DNA from: Methanoregulaceae archaeon UXB-2016
GTDB taxonomy: Archaea > Halobacteriota > Methanomicrobia > Methanomicrobiales > Methanospirillaceae
Reading direction: 5' to 3'
Assembly: GCA_004332335.1 (NCBI GenBank)
Contig: SISS01000013.1
Location: 2,804-66,803 of the forward strand
DNA length: 64,000 bases
Part shown: positions 19,140 through 29,066 of the stretch, piece after piece
How the letters are laid out: each line of letters opens with the position of its first letter
Numbering within the stretch: the stretch's first letter is position 1
Translations under genes and position numbers: made by a program
Notes under the pieces: model-generated
Database searches by the model: none
Seen by the model: only the letters and a program-made list of their open reading frames with translations
Told to the model about the DNA's origin: nothing

Positions 19140-19634
19140 CAGAACGACTCCGTCAATAAAAATACATTACCAAGGTGCGGTCTCCCGCCCAAAAAAGAGA
19201 TCGGCCCAGGGGGTACGGAGGAGATCCCGGAAACGGGTGGACGTCGCACAACCATCACCTCTGCGCAGAGCCGACGATCCGTTCGGGCGGGAGGGGTCGA
19301 CGACGAACGCACGCGGTGTCTATGGCCGAGACGGCCGGGCGGATCAAAGGCGTCCTGATGTCCGGCTATGCGCCGACGAGCCACCACGGCCCGGCATCCC
19401 CTGCCCCCAGGAGCCGCTCGCTCTTCCTGAGCACCGATCGCCTACGTGATCGACCGTGTGCGAACGGTTCGGAATCGGCCCGCGTATTCGTCGCTCAAGA
19501 TCCGTTCCCGGACGAACGTCGATCGCTCCGGCCAGCAGGAGATCCGCCGTCTTGCGTCGCCACACGCGACCAGGCGAGTTATCGTCTCCGGAATAAATGG
19601 CAATCCTTATACAGAGCACGCACCAGGAGAACGT

Positions 19635-20993
19635 ATGCGTCCGACGCGCTCGATTCATCTCTCCCTCTGCATCGGCATCGTGCTTCTCCTGGTGATGGCC
19701 ATGGTGCTGCCGGCCGCCGCGGCTCCACGGGCCGCCGGCTCCAATATCGCCGCAGGCTCGATCCTGGTCCGGTCCATCCCGGGCGAGGCGGCCGTCACCC
19801 TCGACGGGGCTTACCAGGGCGTGACACCGCAGGGGAACAACCCCCTGATCATCGAGAACGTGGACGCAGGTCCCCACCAGCTCGTGCTCTCGAAGCGCGG
19901 GTACCTCGACACCCATCACCAGTTCTGGATCGGATCGGGCCAGCGGAGCGAGATCCGCCTGACCCTGACCGCGACCACGGGCGACGCGGGCTCAGTCTCG
20001 CTCATCTCCTCGCCCTCGGGGGCCGACGTGCAGCTGGACGGGGAGTATCGCGGCCGGACGCCGCTGACGATCAGCGGCCTGACCAGCGGCCAGCACCAGC
20101 TCGTCCTCGACCTGCCCGGGTACACCCGATACTCCTCCTCGGTCGAGGTCCAGAACGGGGTCATGACCTATCTGGACCCGGTCCTGACCCGTGCCGCGGC
20201 CGTCGGCTACATCTCCATCATCTCGAACCCCGCGGGGGCGTTCGTCTATATCGACGGCACCTACAGGGGCGTCACGCCCCTCGTGGTCTCGGCCTCGACG
20301 GGGCTGCGCCAGGTCGAGCTCGACCACTCGGGGTACGCCGACTGGTCGAGCTGGATCCAGGTGGCGAGCGGCACCACGGTCTACATGAATGCGGACCTCC
20401 AGCGCCTCTCGACCTCGTCGACCGGGGGGATCGCGGTCTCGTCGATCCCGACCGGGGCCCAGGTCTATCTGGACGACGCCTACCGGGGCGTCACGCCGGG
20501 CTACGGCGACCTCGAGCTGACCGATGTCTCTGCAGGGAGCCACACGGTCATGCTCCGGCTCGACGGGTACCAGGAGTACCGGATCACGGTCCAGGTGAGC
20601 TCGGACGCGACGGTCAAGGTCCAGCCCCGGCTCGTCGCGACCGGCAACCCGGGCGTGACCGCGACCCCCACCACGATCACGAACCGGGGCGCGATCGAGT
20701 CGAACTCGACGCCGACCGGAGCGCGGGTCTCGGTCGACGGCCTCTACAAGGGAACGACACCGTTCATGATCACGGACGTGCCGGCCGGGCCCCATACGCT
20801 CGTCTTCACCCTTGCCGGGTATGTCGAGCGGGAGCAGGCAGTTGAGGTCCGCGCCGGGCAGACGGCGACGGCGAACGCGAACCTGACGCCGGTCCAGAGT
20901 CAGACCCGGTCGGGGATGCCTCCGGTCGCGGTCGTCCTCGTCCTCGGTGCCGCCCTCGTCGGCGGTGCCGTGCTCGCCGGCCGTCGACGATAG
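19635..20993 (+). CDS. Secreted protein with five PEGA domains and a C-terminal TM helix plus RRR tail
   Basis: The start is ATG 19635, preceded by GGAGA, and the signal peptide is LLLVMAMVLPAAAAP. Five repeats have the form S.P.GA.V.(L/I)DG.Y.G.TP. The C-terminus is PPVAVVLVLGAALVGGAVLAGRRR. Confidence 0.8.
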   Translation: MRPTRSIHLSLCIGIVLLLVMAMVLPAAAAPRAAGSNIAAGSILVRSIPGEAAVTLDGAYQGVTPQGNNPLIIENVDAGPHQLVLSKRGYLDTHHQFWIGSGQRSEIRLTLTATTGDAGSVSLISSPSGADVQLDGEYRGRTPLTISGLTSGQHQLVLDLPGYTRYSSSVEVQNGVMTYLDPVLTRAAAVGYISIISNPAGAFVYIDGTYRGVTPLVVSASTGLRQVELDHSGYADWSSWIQVASGTTVYMNADLQRLSTSSTGGIAVSSIPTGAQVYLDDAYRGVTPGYGDLELTDVSAGSHTVMLRLDGYQEYRITVQVSSDATVKVQPRLVATGNPGVTATPTTITNRGAIESNSTPTGARVSVDGLYKGTTPFMITDVPAGPHTLVFTLAGYVEREQAVEVRAGQTATANANLTPVQSQTRSGMPPVAVVLVLGAALVGGAVLAGRRR

Positions 20994-21053
20994 GACCGCG
21001 AGCATCGCGGGGATAGATAAAGCAAATAGTTTTATCCCATACCATGCATTCTT

Positions 21054-21068
21054 ATCCGGAATCCGGAT
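21054..21068. promoter_or_regulatory. Perfect 7-1-7 palindrome ATCCGGAaTCCGGAT upstream of ppsA
   Basis: Read directly from the sequence, about 105 nt upstream of the ppsA ATG. Its function is unknown. Confidence 0.25.
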
Positions 21069-21172
21069 GCCCCCGCTTGATAGCAAAGGTATTCCCAGAA
21101 TCAGTCCAACGCATAGATGAGATCCATCGGCCGCGGCCGATCTTTTCATCCTGATCACGAGAGAGGTGCCTC

Positions 21173-23467
21173 ATGAACGGCGTTCCAGAGAATGTACCCA
21201 ATATCCTGATGCTCGAGGAGATCCGAAAAGAGGATATCCCGTCGGTCGGCGGCAAGGGGGCCTCGCTCGGCGAGATGGCCTCGCTCGGCCTCCCCGTACC
21301 GAGGGCCTTCGTCGTGACTGCCCAGGCCTTCCGGCGGTTTCTGATCGAGACCGGGCTCGAGAACCGGCTCTTCGCCCGCTTTGAAGAGCTCGACGTGGAG
21401 GACAACGAGGCGCTCGAGGCCTCGGCGCGCGAGGCCATGGACCTGGTGCTCGAGGCGCCCATGCCGGCACGGATCGAGGAGGACGTCCGCGAGGCCTACC
21501 GACAGCTCGCCCCCGAGCCCATGATCGTCGCCGTACGGTCGTCGGCCACTGCCGAAGACCTGCCCGACGCCTCCTTCGCCGGCCAGCAGGAGACCTTCCT
21601 GAACATCCGTGGCGAGGAGGACCTGGTCGAGGCCGTGCAGAAGTGCTGGGCCTCGCTCTACGGGGCCCGGGCGGTCTACTACCGCTCCAAGCAGGGCTTC
21701 GACGACCACTCGGTCAATATCGCGGTCGTGATCCAGCAGCTCGTCCACTCGGAGAAGGCGGGGGTCATGTTCACCTCGCACCCGGTGACGGGCGAGTCGA
21801 TGACGATCATCGAGGGCTCGTGGGGCCTCGGCGAGGCCGTCGTCTCGGGCACGGTATCGCCCGACAACTACATCTACGACCAGCGGACCGAGAAGGTCGT
21901 GGACCGCAGGATCGCCCGGAAGCTCGTCGAGATCGTCTCGGACGGGACCAAGGGGACGAAGGTGATCGAGGTCTCCCCCTCCATGCAGGAGGCGCAGGTT
22001 CTCTCGGACGAGGAGGTGGCACGGCTCGCGATGTTCGGCCGGATCGCCGAGGACCACTACGACGTCCCCCAGGATGTGGAGTGGGCGATCGTGGGCAGGG
22101 ATCTCTTCATCCTCCAGTCGCGGCCGATCACGACGATCGGGATGACCCCGACCAGCAGCGGCCCCGCCCGCGGTGCCGAGGCGAAGGTGCTCGTCCAGGG
22201 GATCGGCGCCGCGCCCGGCACGGCCTCGGGACGGGTCGTGATCATCGCCGACGCCAAGGAGATCGGGCTCGTCAGGGACGGCGACATCCTGGTCACGCGC
22301 ATGACCAACCCCGACATGGTCCCGGCCATGCGCAAGGTCAGGGCGATCGTGACCGACGAGGGCGGGATGACCTGCCATGCCGCGATCGTCTCGCGCGAGC
22401 TCGGCACTCCGGCCGTGGTCGGCTCGCGGACCGCGACCCAGGTCCTCAAGGCCGGGCAGATCGTCACGGTCGACGGCGAGAAGGGGGTCGTGTACGAGGG
22501 CGAGGTCGCCCAGGCACTGGCGCCGAAGGCGGTCACCGACGTCGCGGGCGCGGCTGCGGCCGCACCCCTGATCACCGCGACCTCGGTCAAGGTGAACGTC
22601 TCGATCCCCGAGGCGGCCCAGCGGGCCGCGGCCACGGGGGCGGACGGGGTCGGCCTCCTCCGGATCGAGCACCTGATGCTCGGGCTCGGCAAGACGCCGA
22701 ACTGGTTCATCAAGAACGGGCGCAAGGAGGAGTTCATCACCGAGCTCTACACGGGCATCAAGACCGTGCTCGACGCCTTCCCGGGCAAGTCGGTCTGGGT
22801 CCGCACGATCGACGCCCCCACGGACGAGTTCCGGAACATGGAGGGCGGCGAGGACGAGCCGCACGAGCACAACCCCATGCTCGGCTGGCGCGGGATCCGG
22901 CGCGACCTCCATTCGCCCGAGCAGTTCCGTCTCCAGGTGGAGGCGTTCAAGCGGCTCTGGCAGGAGGGGTACGAGAACCTCGGCGTGATGTTCCCGCTCG
23001 TCGGCCATCCCGACGAGTTCGTCCAGGCCAAGGCCATGATGGCCTCGTTCGGCGTCGACGTGGAGCAGGTCACCCTCGGGATCATGGTCGAGATCCCCTC
23101 CTCGGCGCTCATCATCGAGGAGTTCTGCAAGGTCGGCATCCAGTTCGCCTCGTTCGGGACGAACGACCTGATCCAGTACACGCTCGCGATCGACCGGAAC
23201 AACGAGTACCTGACCCACATGTACAAGCCGAAGCACCCGGCCGTGCTGAAGCTGATCGACTACGCGATCGAGGTCTGCCGCGACTACGGTGTCGAGTGCT
23301 CCATCTGCGGTCAGGCGGGCTCGGACCCGGTCATGGCCGAGTGGCTCGTCGAGCACGGGATCAGCTCGATCTCGGCGAACATCGATGCGGTCGCGAAGAT
23401 CCGCCACGCGGTCGCCCGGACCGAGCACCGGATCCTCCTCGAGGCGGCGCGGCGCTCGAATGCGTGA
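21173..23467 (+). CDS. ppsA: Phosphoenolpyruvate synthase
   Basis: 764 aa. It has the N-terminal ATP-grasp motif (IPSVGGKGASLGEM), the phosphohistidine motif GGMTCHAAIVSRELG, and a C-terminal PEP-utiliser TIM barrel (NDLIQYTLAIDR). Confidence 0.93.
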   Translation: MNGVPENVPNILMLEEIRKEDIPSVGGKGASLGEMASLGLPVPRAFVVTAQAFRRFLIETGLENRLFARFEELDVEDNEALEASAREAMDLVLEAPMPARIEEDVREAYRQLAPEPMIVAVRSSATAEDLPDASFAGQQETFLNIRGEEDLVEAVQKCWASLYGARAVYYRSKQGFDDHSVNIAVVIQQLVHSEKAGVMFTSHPVTGESMTIIEGSWGLGEAVVSGTVSPDNYIYDQRTEKVVDRRIARKLVEIVSDGTKGTKVIEVSPSMQEAQVLSDEEVARLAMFGRIAEDHYDVPQDVEWAIVGRDLFILQSRPITTIGMTPTSSGPARGAEAKVLVQGIGAAPGTASGRVVIIADAKEIGLVRDGDILVTRMTNPDMVPAMRKVRAIVTDEGGMTCHAAIVSRELGTPAVVGSRTATQVLKAGQIVTVDGEKGVVYEGEVAQALAPKAVTDVAGAAAAAPLITATSVKVNVSIPEAAQRAAATGADGVGLLRIEHLMLGLGKTPNWFIKNGRKEEFITELYTGIKTVLDAFPGKSVWVRTIDAPTDEFRNMEGGEDEPHEHNPMLGWRGIRRDLHSPEQFRLQVEAFKRLWQEGYENLGVMFPLVGHPDEFVQAKAMMASFGVDVEQVTLGIMVEIPSSALIIEEFCKVGIQFASFGTNDLIQYTLAIDRNNEYLTHMYKPKHPAVLKLIDYAIEVCRDYGVECSICGQAGSDPVMAEWLVEHGISSISANIDAVAKIRHAVARTEHRILLEAARRSNA

Positions 23468-24557
23468 GTGCGGCCTCCCAGAGGACGAGGTCTTCGCCTT
23501 TCTTGAGGCACGAAAGGCGGAGGACCTCGCTCACTGCTCGATCCTCTCCTCGATGTGCACCCCCCCGCACCCGGTCGCCGTGCGGGCCCACTGCCTCTTC
23601 ATGGAGACGAACCTCGGCGACCCCGGGCTCTTCCCGGGCACGGCCGCGATCGAACGGCGGCTCATCGCCTCGCTCGGCGACCTCTACCACCTGCCCGAAG
23701 CGGCCGGGTACGCGTCGTCGGGCGGGACCGAGTCGAACATACAGGCCCTCCGGATCGCGAAGGCCCGTCGGCCGATCGATCGTCCGAACGTGGTGATCCC
23801 GGCCTCGTCCCACTTCTCGTTCGACAAGGCCTGCGGCATGCTCGGCGTCGAGATGCGGACTGCGCCCCTCGACGACGAGCTCCGCATGGATGTCGACGGG
23901 GCCCGGGACCTGGTCGACGACCGGACGATCGCCCTCGTGGGCGTGGTCGGGACGACCGAGTACGGGATGGTCGACCCGATCCCGGCCCTCGCCGAGCTCG
24001 CGCTCGAGCACGACCTCTTCCTCCACGTCGACGCGGCCTTCGGCGGGCTCGTGGTCCCGTTCCTGCCGGACCCCGCGCCCTTCGACTTCGCCCTCCCGGG
24101 GGTCTCATCGATCGCGGTCGACCCCCACAAGATGGGGATGTCCACGATCCCGGCCGGCTGCCTGCTCGTGCGCAACCGGGAGCTCCTCGAGCTCCTGAAC
24201 GTGGACACGCCGTACCTGACGGTCAAGCAGGAGTATACGCTCGCGGGCACCCGTCCCGGGGCCCCCGTGGCCGGAGCTCTCGCGGTCCTCGAACACCTCG
24301 GGCGCGAGGGGCTCCGGGCGGTCGTGGCGGGCTGCATGGAGAACACGCGGCGGATGATCGAGGGCCTCGAAGCCCTCGGGGTCCCGCGGGCCGCGACGCC
24401 CGACGTGAACGTCGCGACCAGCAGGACGACGACCGCGCCGCCGGGCTGGCGGGTCTCGTTCACCCGCCGGGGCGACATGCGGTGCGTCTGCATGCCCCAC
24501 GTGACCGCGGACGTGGTCGAACAGTTCCTCGTCGATGCGGAGAGATTCTATGCTTGA
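23460..24557 (+). CDS. mfnA: L-tyrosine/L-aspartate decarboxylase (methanofuran / CoA biosynthesis)
   Basis: The start is ATG 23460, overlapping the ppsA end. It belongs to PLP group II decarboxylases and has the lysine motif DPHKMG. The size, about 365 aa, matches MfnA. Confidence 0.85.
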   Translation: MRECGLPEDEVFAFLEARKAEDLAHCSILSSMCTPPHPVAVRAHCLFMETNLGDPGLFPGTAAIERRLIASLGDLYHLPEAAGYASSGGTESNIQALRIAKARRPIDRPNVVIPASSHFSFDKACGMLGVEMRTAPLDDELRMDVDGARDLVDDRTIALVGVVGTTEYGMVDPIPALAELALEHDLFLHVDAAFGGLVVPFLPDPAPFDFALPGVSSIAVDPHKMGMSTIPAGCLLVRNRELLELLNVDTPYLTVKQEYTLAGTRPGAPVAGALAVLEHLGREGLRAVVAGCMENTRRMIEGLEALGVPRAATPDVNVATSRTTTAPPGWRVSFTRRGDMRCVCMPHVTADVVEQFLVDAERFYA

Positions 24558-25098
24558 GAGATTGACCCAGTCGCTCGAGACCTGCCCCATGGTCAGGCGG
24601 GGCGAGTACCATTACTTCATCCATCCTGTCTCGGACGGGATCCCGCTCGTGGACCCGGCCCTGCTCCGGGAGATCGGCTGCGCAATGGTCCGCGTGATGG
24701 ACCTCGAGAACGTCGACATGATCGTGGTCGCCGAGGCGATGGGGATCCATATCGGGACCACGCTCTCTCTGATGACCGACATCCCCCTCAGCGTCGTGCG
24801 CAAACGCCGGTACGACCTGCCCGGCGAGTGCGCGGTCCACCAGACGACCGGGTACTCGAAGTGCGAGCTCTACATCAACGGCCTTACGCCCGGGATGCGG
24901 GTCGTGATCGTCGACGACGTCCTCTCGACCGGGGGGACCATGCGGGCCATGCTCGGCGCGCTCGCCACGATCGGGGTCGAGGTCGTCGACGTCTGCATCG
25001 TGATCAAGCGCGGCGATCCCGACGTGGGCCGGGCCTACAGATACCTGGTCGAGATCGAGGTCACGGACTGCGTGAAGGTGATCGGGCACGGAGTCTGA
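24550..25098 (+). CDS. hpt: Hypoxanthine/guanine phosphoribosyltransferase (archaeal type)
   Basis: MLERLTQSLETCPMV..YHYFIHPVSDGIP and the PRPP motif VVIVDDVLSTGGT. Confidence 0.8.
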   Translation: MLERLTQSLETCPMVRRGEYHYFIHPVSDGIPLVDPALLREIGCAMVRVMDLENVDMIVVAEAMGIHIGTTLSLMTDIPLSVVRKRRYDLPGECAVHQTTGYSKCELYINGLTPGMRVVIVDDVLSTGGTMRAMLGALATIGVEVVDVCIVIKRGDPDVGRAYRYLVEIEVTDCVKVIGHGV

Positions 25099-25162
25099 CC
25101 CGTTCGCCATCGACGCGGCGGCCCTCGCGGTCGAGCTTCGGCGCCGCGGGGCCCGCTCGGTC

Positions 25163-26047
25163 GTGCTCCAGCTCCCCGACGGGCTCCGCCGGCGGGGGGC
25201 CGGGCTCGCCCTCGCTCTCCAGGCGGACGGGTTCGAGGTGACCCTCGACGGCAACCCCTGCTACGGGGCCTGCGACCTCTCGCACGAGCACGCGGACGTG
25301 CTCGTCCACGTCGGGCACACGCCCCTCGGCCGAAGTGACGATCACCATGTCCTCTACCTCCCTCTCTCTTTCGATGCGGACCTCGCCGCGCTCGAGGCGG
25401 CGCTCCCCCTGCTCCGGGGCCGGATCGTGGGGCTCGTGACCACGGCCCAGCACGCCCATCTCCTGCCCGCGGGGGCCGCGCTCCTGGAGGCGCACGGCCT
25501 CGAGGTCCGGATCGGCGGGCCGACGCCGCGGACGCCGCTTGCGGGCCAGGTCCTCGGCTGCTCCTTCGGCGCGGCCCGAGAGACCGGGGCGCCGGAGCTC
25601 CTCTACCTCGGAACCGGGGTCTTCCACCCCCTCGGGGTCGCGCTTGCGACCGGCGCCCGCGTGATCGCCTGCGACCCGTACCGCGGGACTGCCGAGGCCG
25701 TCGACCCCGACCGGCTCCTCCGCCGCCGCTTCGGCCTGATCGAGCGGGTGCGGGGAGCCGCGACGGTCGGCATCCTCCTCTCGACCAAGTCCGGGCAGCG
25801 GCGCGAATCGCTCGCTCGACGGCTCGCCGCGCTCGCCTCCGACCGGAGCGTCGTGGTCGCGGTCGAGGAGGTGACGCCGGACGCGCTGGTCAACCTCGGT
25901 CTCGAAGCCTATGTGAACACGGCCTGCCCGCGGATCGCGTACGACGACGAGATCCGGTTCCCGGTCCCGGTCCTCGCACCGTCCGAGTACGAGATCGCGC
26001 TCGGCCTCCGGGCATGGGACGACTACGTGGTCGACGAGTGCGAGTGA
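25163..26047 (+). CDS. dph2: Diphthamide synthesis enzyme Dph2 (2-(3-amino-3-carboxypropyl)histidine synthase)
   Basis: Dph2-like sequence (VVLQLPDGLRRRG.., GACDL..). Homology continues in frame upstream to about 25100 (PFAIDAAALAVELRRRGARSV), but no ATG, GTG or TTG exists there. GTG 25163 is the first canonical start. Confidence 0.75.
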   Translation: MLQLPDGLRRRGAGLALALQADGFEVTLDGNPCYGACDLSHEHADVLVHVGHTPLGRSDDHHVLYLPLSFDADLAALEAALPLLRGRIVGLVTTAQHAHLLPAGAALLEAHGLEVRIGGPTPRTPLAGQVLGCSFGAARETGAPELLYLGTGVFHPLGVALATGARVIACDPYRGTAEAVDPDRLLRRRFGLIERVRGAATVGILLSTKSGQRRESLARRLAALASDRSVVVAVEEVTPDALVNLGLEAYVNTACPRIAYDDEIRFPVPVLAPSEYEIALGLRAWDDYVVDECE

Positions 26048-26049
26048 TC

Positions 26050-26667
26050 ATGCGCCTGCGGCAGCTCGAGATCGCACTCCAGGGCCTCGCGGGTTTCCCC
26101 CAACCGCAGGCCGCGCTGGAACAGTACACCACCCCTGCCACGCTCGCAGCCCGGCTCCTCTTTCTCGCGGCCGGCCACGGCGACCTGGAAGGGCGGACGG
26201 TCCTCGACCTCGGAGCCGGGACGGGGGTCTTCGCCTGCGGTGCCGCGCTCCTGGGCGCGGAGAACGTGACCGGGGTCGAGCTCGACCCCGGGGCGCTCGC
26301 GGTCGCCCGGGAGAACGCGGATCGCCTGGGGGTCGAGGTCGAGTGGCTCGAGGGCGACGTCGCGGACCTCCCGGAGCCGGTCCGGGGCCGGCTCTACGAC
26401 ACGGTCGTGATGAACCCGCCCTTCGGGGCCCAGGTCCGGCACGCGGACCGACCGTTCGTGGACGCGGCCCTCGCCCACGGCCGGATCGTCTACGGGATCT
26501 TCAACAAGGGCTCGCGCCCCTTCCTCCTGAGCTATATCGGCGACCGGGGCGAGTGCACAGAGGCGGTCGCGGCCGAACTCGTCCTGCCGCGGAGCATGCG
26601 CCACCACACGCGGGACAGGGTCGAGATCCCGGTCGAGGTCGTGCGCATCCGGAGCCGGCTCGCATGA
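26050..26667 (+). CDS. METTL5-like class I SAM-dependent RNA methyltransferase
   Basis: SAM motif VLDLGAGTGVF and catalytic motif NPPFG. The start is ATG 26050. Confidence 0.75.
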   Translation: MRLRQLEIALQGLAGFPQPQAALEQYTTPATLAARLLFLAAGHGDLEGRTVLDLGAGTGVFACGAALLGAENVTGVELDPGALAVARENADRLGVEVEWLEGDVADLPEPVRGRLYDTVVMNPPFGAQVRHADRPFVDAALAHGRIVYGIFNKGSRPFLLSYIGDRGECTEAVAAELVLPRSMRHHTRDRVEIPVEVVRIRSRLA

Positions 26668-27827
26668 AACGCCTCCCCGGGCCGATCCTCCGGCTCTCGC
26701 TCGGCCACCTCGGGATCGACATCTACATGACCGTCATCCCGGCCATTATTTCGGTCCTGGTCAGCGAGGGCGGGGTCTCCTACCTGCTCGCAGGCCTCCT
26801 CCTGACCGCGTACAACACGACCTCGTCTCTGACTCAGCCCGTCTTCGGCTGGCTCGCCGATGCGAAGGGTCGGGGCGTGCCGCTCGCGGCCGCCATGCTG
26901 ATCGGCGGCGCGGCGATCGGGCTCTTCGGGGTCGTCGACTCGTTCCCGGCCCTGCTCGGCCTTGCGGCGATCGCCGGGGTCATGCATGCCTCGTTCCACC
27001 CGATCGCGCTCTCGGCCGTGAGCCGTGCCGCGCGCGGAGGGGAGCGCGGTCGGACGATCTCCTACTTCGTGGTGGGCGGCAACCTCGGGTTCGCGCTCGG
27101 TCCGCTCCTGGCGGGGTTCGCCCTCGGCAGGTTCGGCCTCGCCGGCCTGCCCCTGCTCGCGCTCCCGGCGATCCTGATCGCACCCCTGCTCCGGGGCTCC
27201 TCCCTGGTGATGCCGAAACCCGCGTCCGCCGCCGAGGACGAGGGGCCGAACCGCCCGCGGGCCTTCGCTCTCCTCTCGGCCGCCTCGATGATCCGCGCAT
27301 GGGCGCTCTTTGCCGTGCTCGGGTTTCTGCCGACCTTCCTCGTGCTCCGCGGCCTCGACCTGGTCACGGCGAACCTGATCACCTCGGGGATGCTCCTCGC
27401 GGGCGTGGCCGGCCAGCTCACGGGCGCGTCGCTCTCGGACCGGTACGGCCGCAAGGAGTTCATCCTGGTCGGGCTCGCGATCGCGATCCCCGCATATGCC
27501 GGGTTCCTCCTCCTCGACGGGACGGCCTCGCTCGTTCTGCTCGGGCTCTTCGGCTTTGCGCTCTGGTCGACGTTCGCGATCACGGTTGCGCTCTCGCACG
27601 AGCTGATGCCGCGCGCGGTCGGGCTCGCCTCGGGCATGATGCTCGGCGTCGTGGTCGGCGCGGGCGGGCTCGGCGTGGCCGCGACCGGCCTCATCGCGGA
27701 CCACTGGTCGCTCTCGTTCGCGCTCGCCACCGTGCTCCCCCTGCTCCTGGTCGCCGCCGTCCTCTACGCGGTGCTGCCCTACCCCTGGAAGGGGGCCCGG
27801 CAGCTCTTCGGACGGGACCGGGCCTGA
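26664..27827 (+). CDS. MFS transporter
   Basis: The start is ATG 26664, in an ATGA overlap. The protein has about 12 TM segments with MFS-like loop motifs. Confidence 0.8.
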   Translation: MKRLPGPILRLSLGHLGIDIYMTVIPAIISVLVSEGGVSYLLAGLLLTAYNTTSSLTQPVFGWLADAKGRGVPLAAAMLIGGAAIGLFGVVDSFPALLGLAAIAGVMHASFHPIALSAVSRAARGGERGRTISYFVVGGNLGFALGPLLAGFALGRFGLAGLPLLALPAILIAPLLRGSSLVMPKPASAAEDEGPNRPRAFALLSAASMIRAWALFAVLGFLPTFLVLRGLDLVTANLITSGMLLAGVAGQLTGASLSDRYGRKEFILVGLAIAIPAYAGFLLLDGTASLVLLGLFGFALWSTFAITVALSHELMPRAVGLASGMMLGVVVGAGGLGVAATGLIADHWSLSFALATVLPLLLVAAVLYAVLPYPWKGARQLFGRDRA

Positions 27828-27832
27828 CCCTG

Positions 27833-28885
27833 TCAGATCCACTGCTTCTTTCGGAACCAGGCGAGCATCGCGACCGCGATCGCGACCATGACAACCCAGA
27901 GGAGGGGATACGACCAGACCCAGCGGAGCTCGGGCATATACTCGAAGTTCATCCCGTAGACCCCGACGAGAAACGTGAGCGGCATGAAGACGGTCGAGAA
28001 GACGGTCAGGACCTTCATCACCTGGTTCAGGCGGAACGAGACCGAGGAGAGGTAGATGTCGAGCATGCCGGCCACGACGTCGCGGAGCGACTCGATCGTC
28101 TCGATCATCTGGATGGTGTGGTCGTAGACGTCCCGGAAGAAGATGAGGACCTGGGGGCCGATCAGGGCCGTCTCGGTCCGTTCGATCCGGAGCACGAGCT
28201 CGCGGAGCGGCCAGAGGACGTGGCGGAGGTCGACCATGGCCCGCTTCAGGGTGTGGATCTCCTTGAGCGTGGCCGGCGACGGTCGTTCCAGCACCTGCTC
28301 TTCGAGGAACTCGGCTCGCTCGTCGAGCCGTTCGAGCACCTCGAAGTAGTCGTCCACGATCACGTCCACGAGCGCGTAGGCCAGGTAGTCCGGTCCCAGG
28401 TTGCGGATCCGGCCGTCCCTTCGGATCCGTTCCCTGATCGGAGAGAAGAGGTCGTCGGGGCCCTCCTGAAGGGTGCAGACGTAGTTGCGCCCGAGGATGA
28501 TGCTGACATGCTCGATCGTGACATCGTCCGTCTTCTCGTCGATGGCGATCGCCTTGAGCGAGAAGTAGACATAGTCGTCGAAGACCTCGAGCTTCGGCCG
28601 CGCACGCGTATTCAGGATGTCCTCGAGGATCAGCGGGTGGATCGCGAACCGGGTCCCGATCGCGCGGACGGTCTCGATCGAGGAGACGCCGATCACGTCG
28701 AGCCAGGAGATCGCCAGCGACGGATCGAAGGAGAGCGCCGGCCCGATCTCGTGAAACGATTGCTCGGAGAAGCGATCGGGGGAGAAACCCGTGACCGTGA
28801 TCTCGACCTCGCCCTCCTCCCGCTCGCCCACGTAGATGAGGCTTCCGGGCGGAAGGCCCGCCTTGTCCGAAGCCCGGCGGACCAT
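27833..28885 (-). CDS. corA: Magnesium/cobalt transporter CorA
   Basis: C-terminal YGMNFEYMPEL (GMN motif) plus two TM helices. The start is uncertain. I prefer ATG 28885 (MVRRASDKAGLPPGSLIYVG), although the ORF extends to 29014. Confidence 0.85.
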   Translation of the reverse strand: MVRRASDKAGLPPGSLIYVGEREEGEVEITVTGFSPDRFSEQSFHEIGPALSFDPSLAISWLDVIGVSSIETVRAIGTRFAIHPLILEDILNTRARPKLEVFDDYVYFSLKAIAIDEKTDDVTIEHVSIILGRNYVCTLQEGPDDLFSPIRERIRRDGRIRNLGPDYLAYALVDVIVDDYFEVLERLDERAEFLEEQVLERPSPATLKEIHTLKRAMVDLRHVLWPLRELVLRIERTETALIGPQVLIFFRDVYDHTIQMIETIESLRDVVAGMLDIYLSSVSFRLNQVMKVLTVFSTVFMPLTFLVGVYGMNFEYMPELRWVWSYPLLWVVMVAIAVAMLAWFRKKQWI

Positions 28886-29066
28886 CCGCTGATGCGAGAA
28901 GGTCGTCTCCGAGAAGCCCGGGATCGGCGGGGGGTTGGGGCGTTCGACTGCCATGGCCGGGATAGCATGGCCTTCTGCGCCATATCCCCTTTTCGTCTCG
29001 CTCCTGTGCAGCACAGCGGATCAAATGCTTTATTGCCCGGCTTCACCACCACTTTCCGAGGGCACG

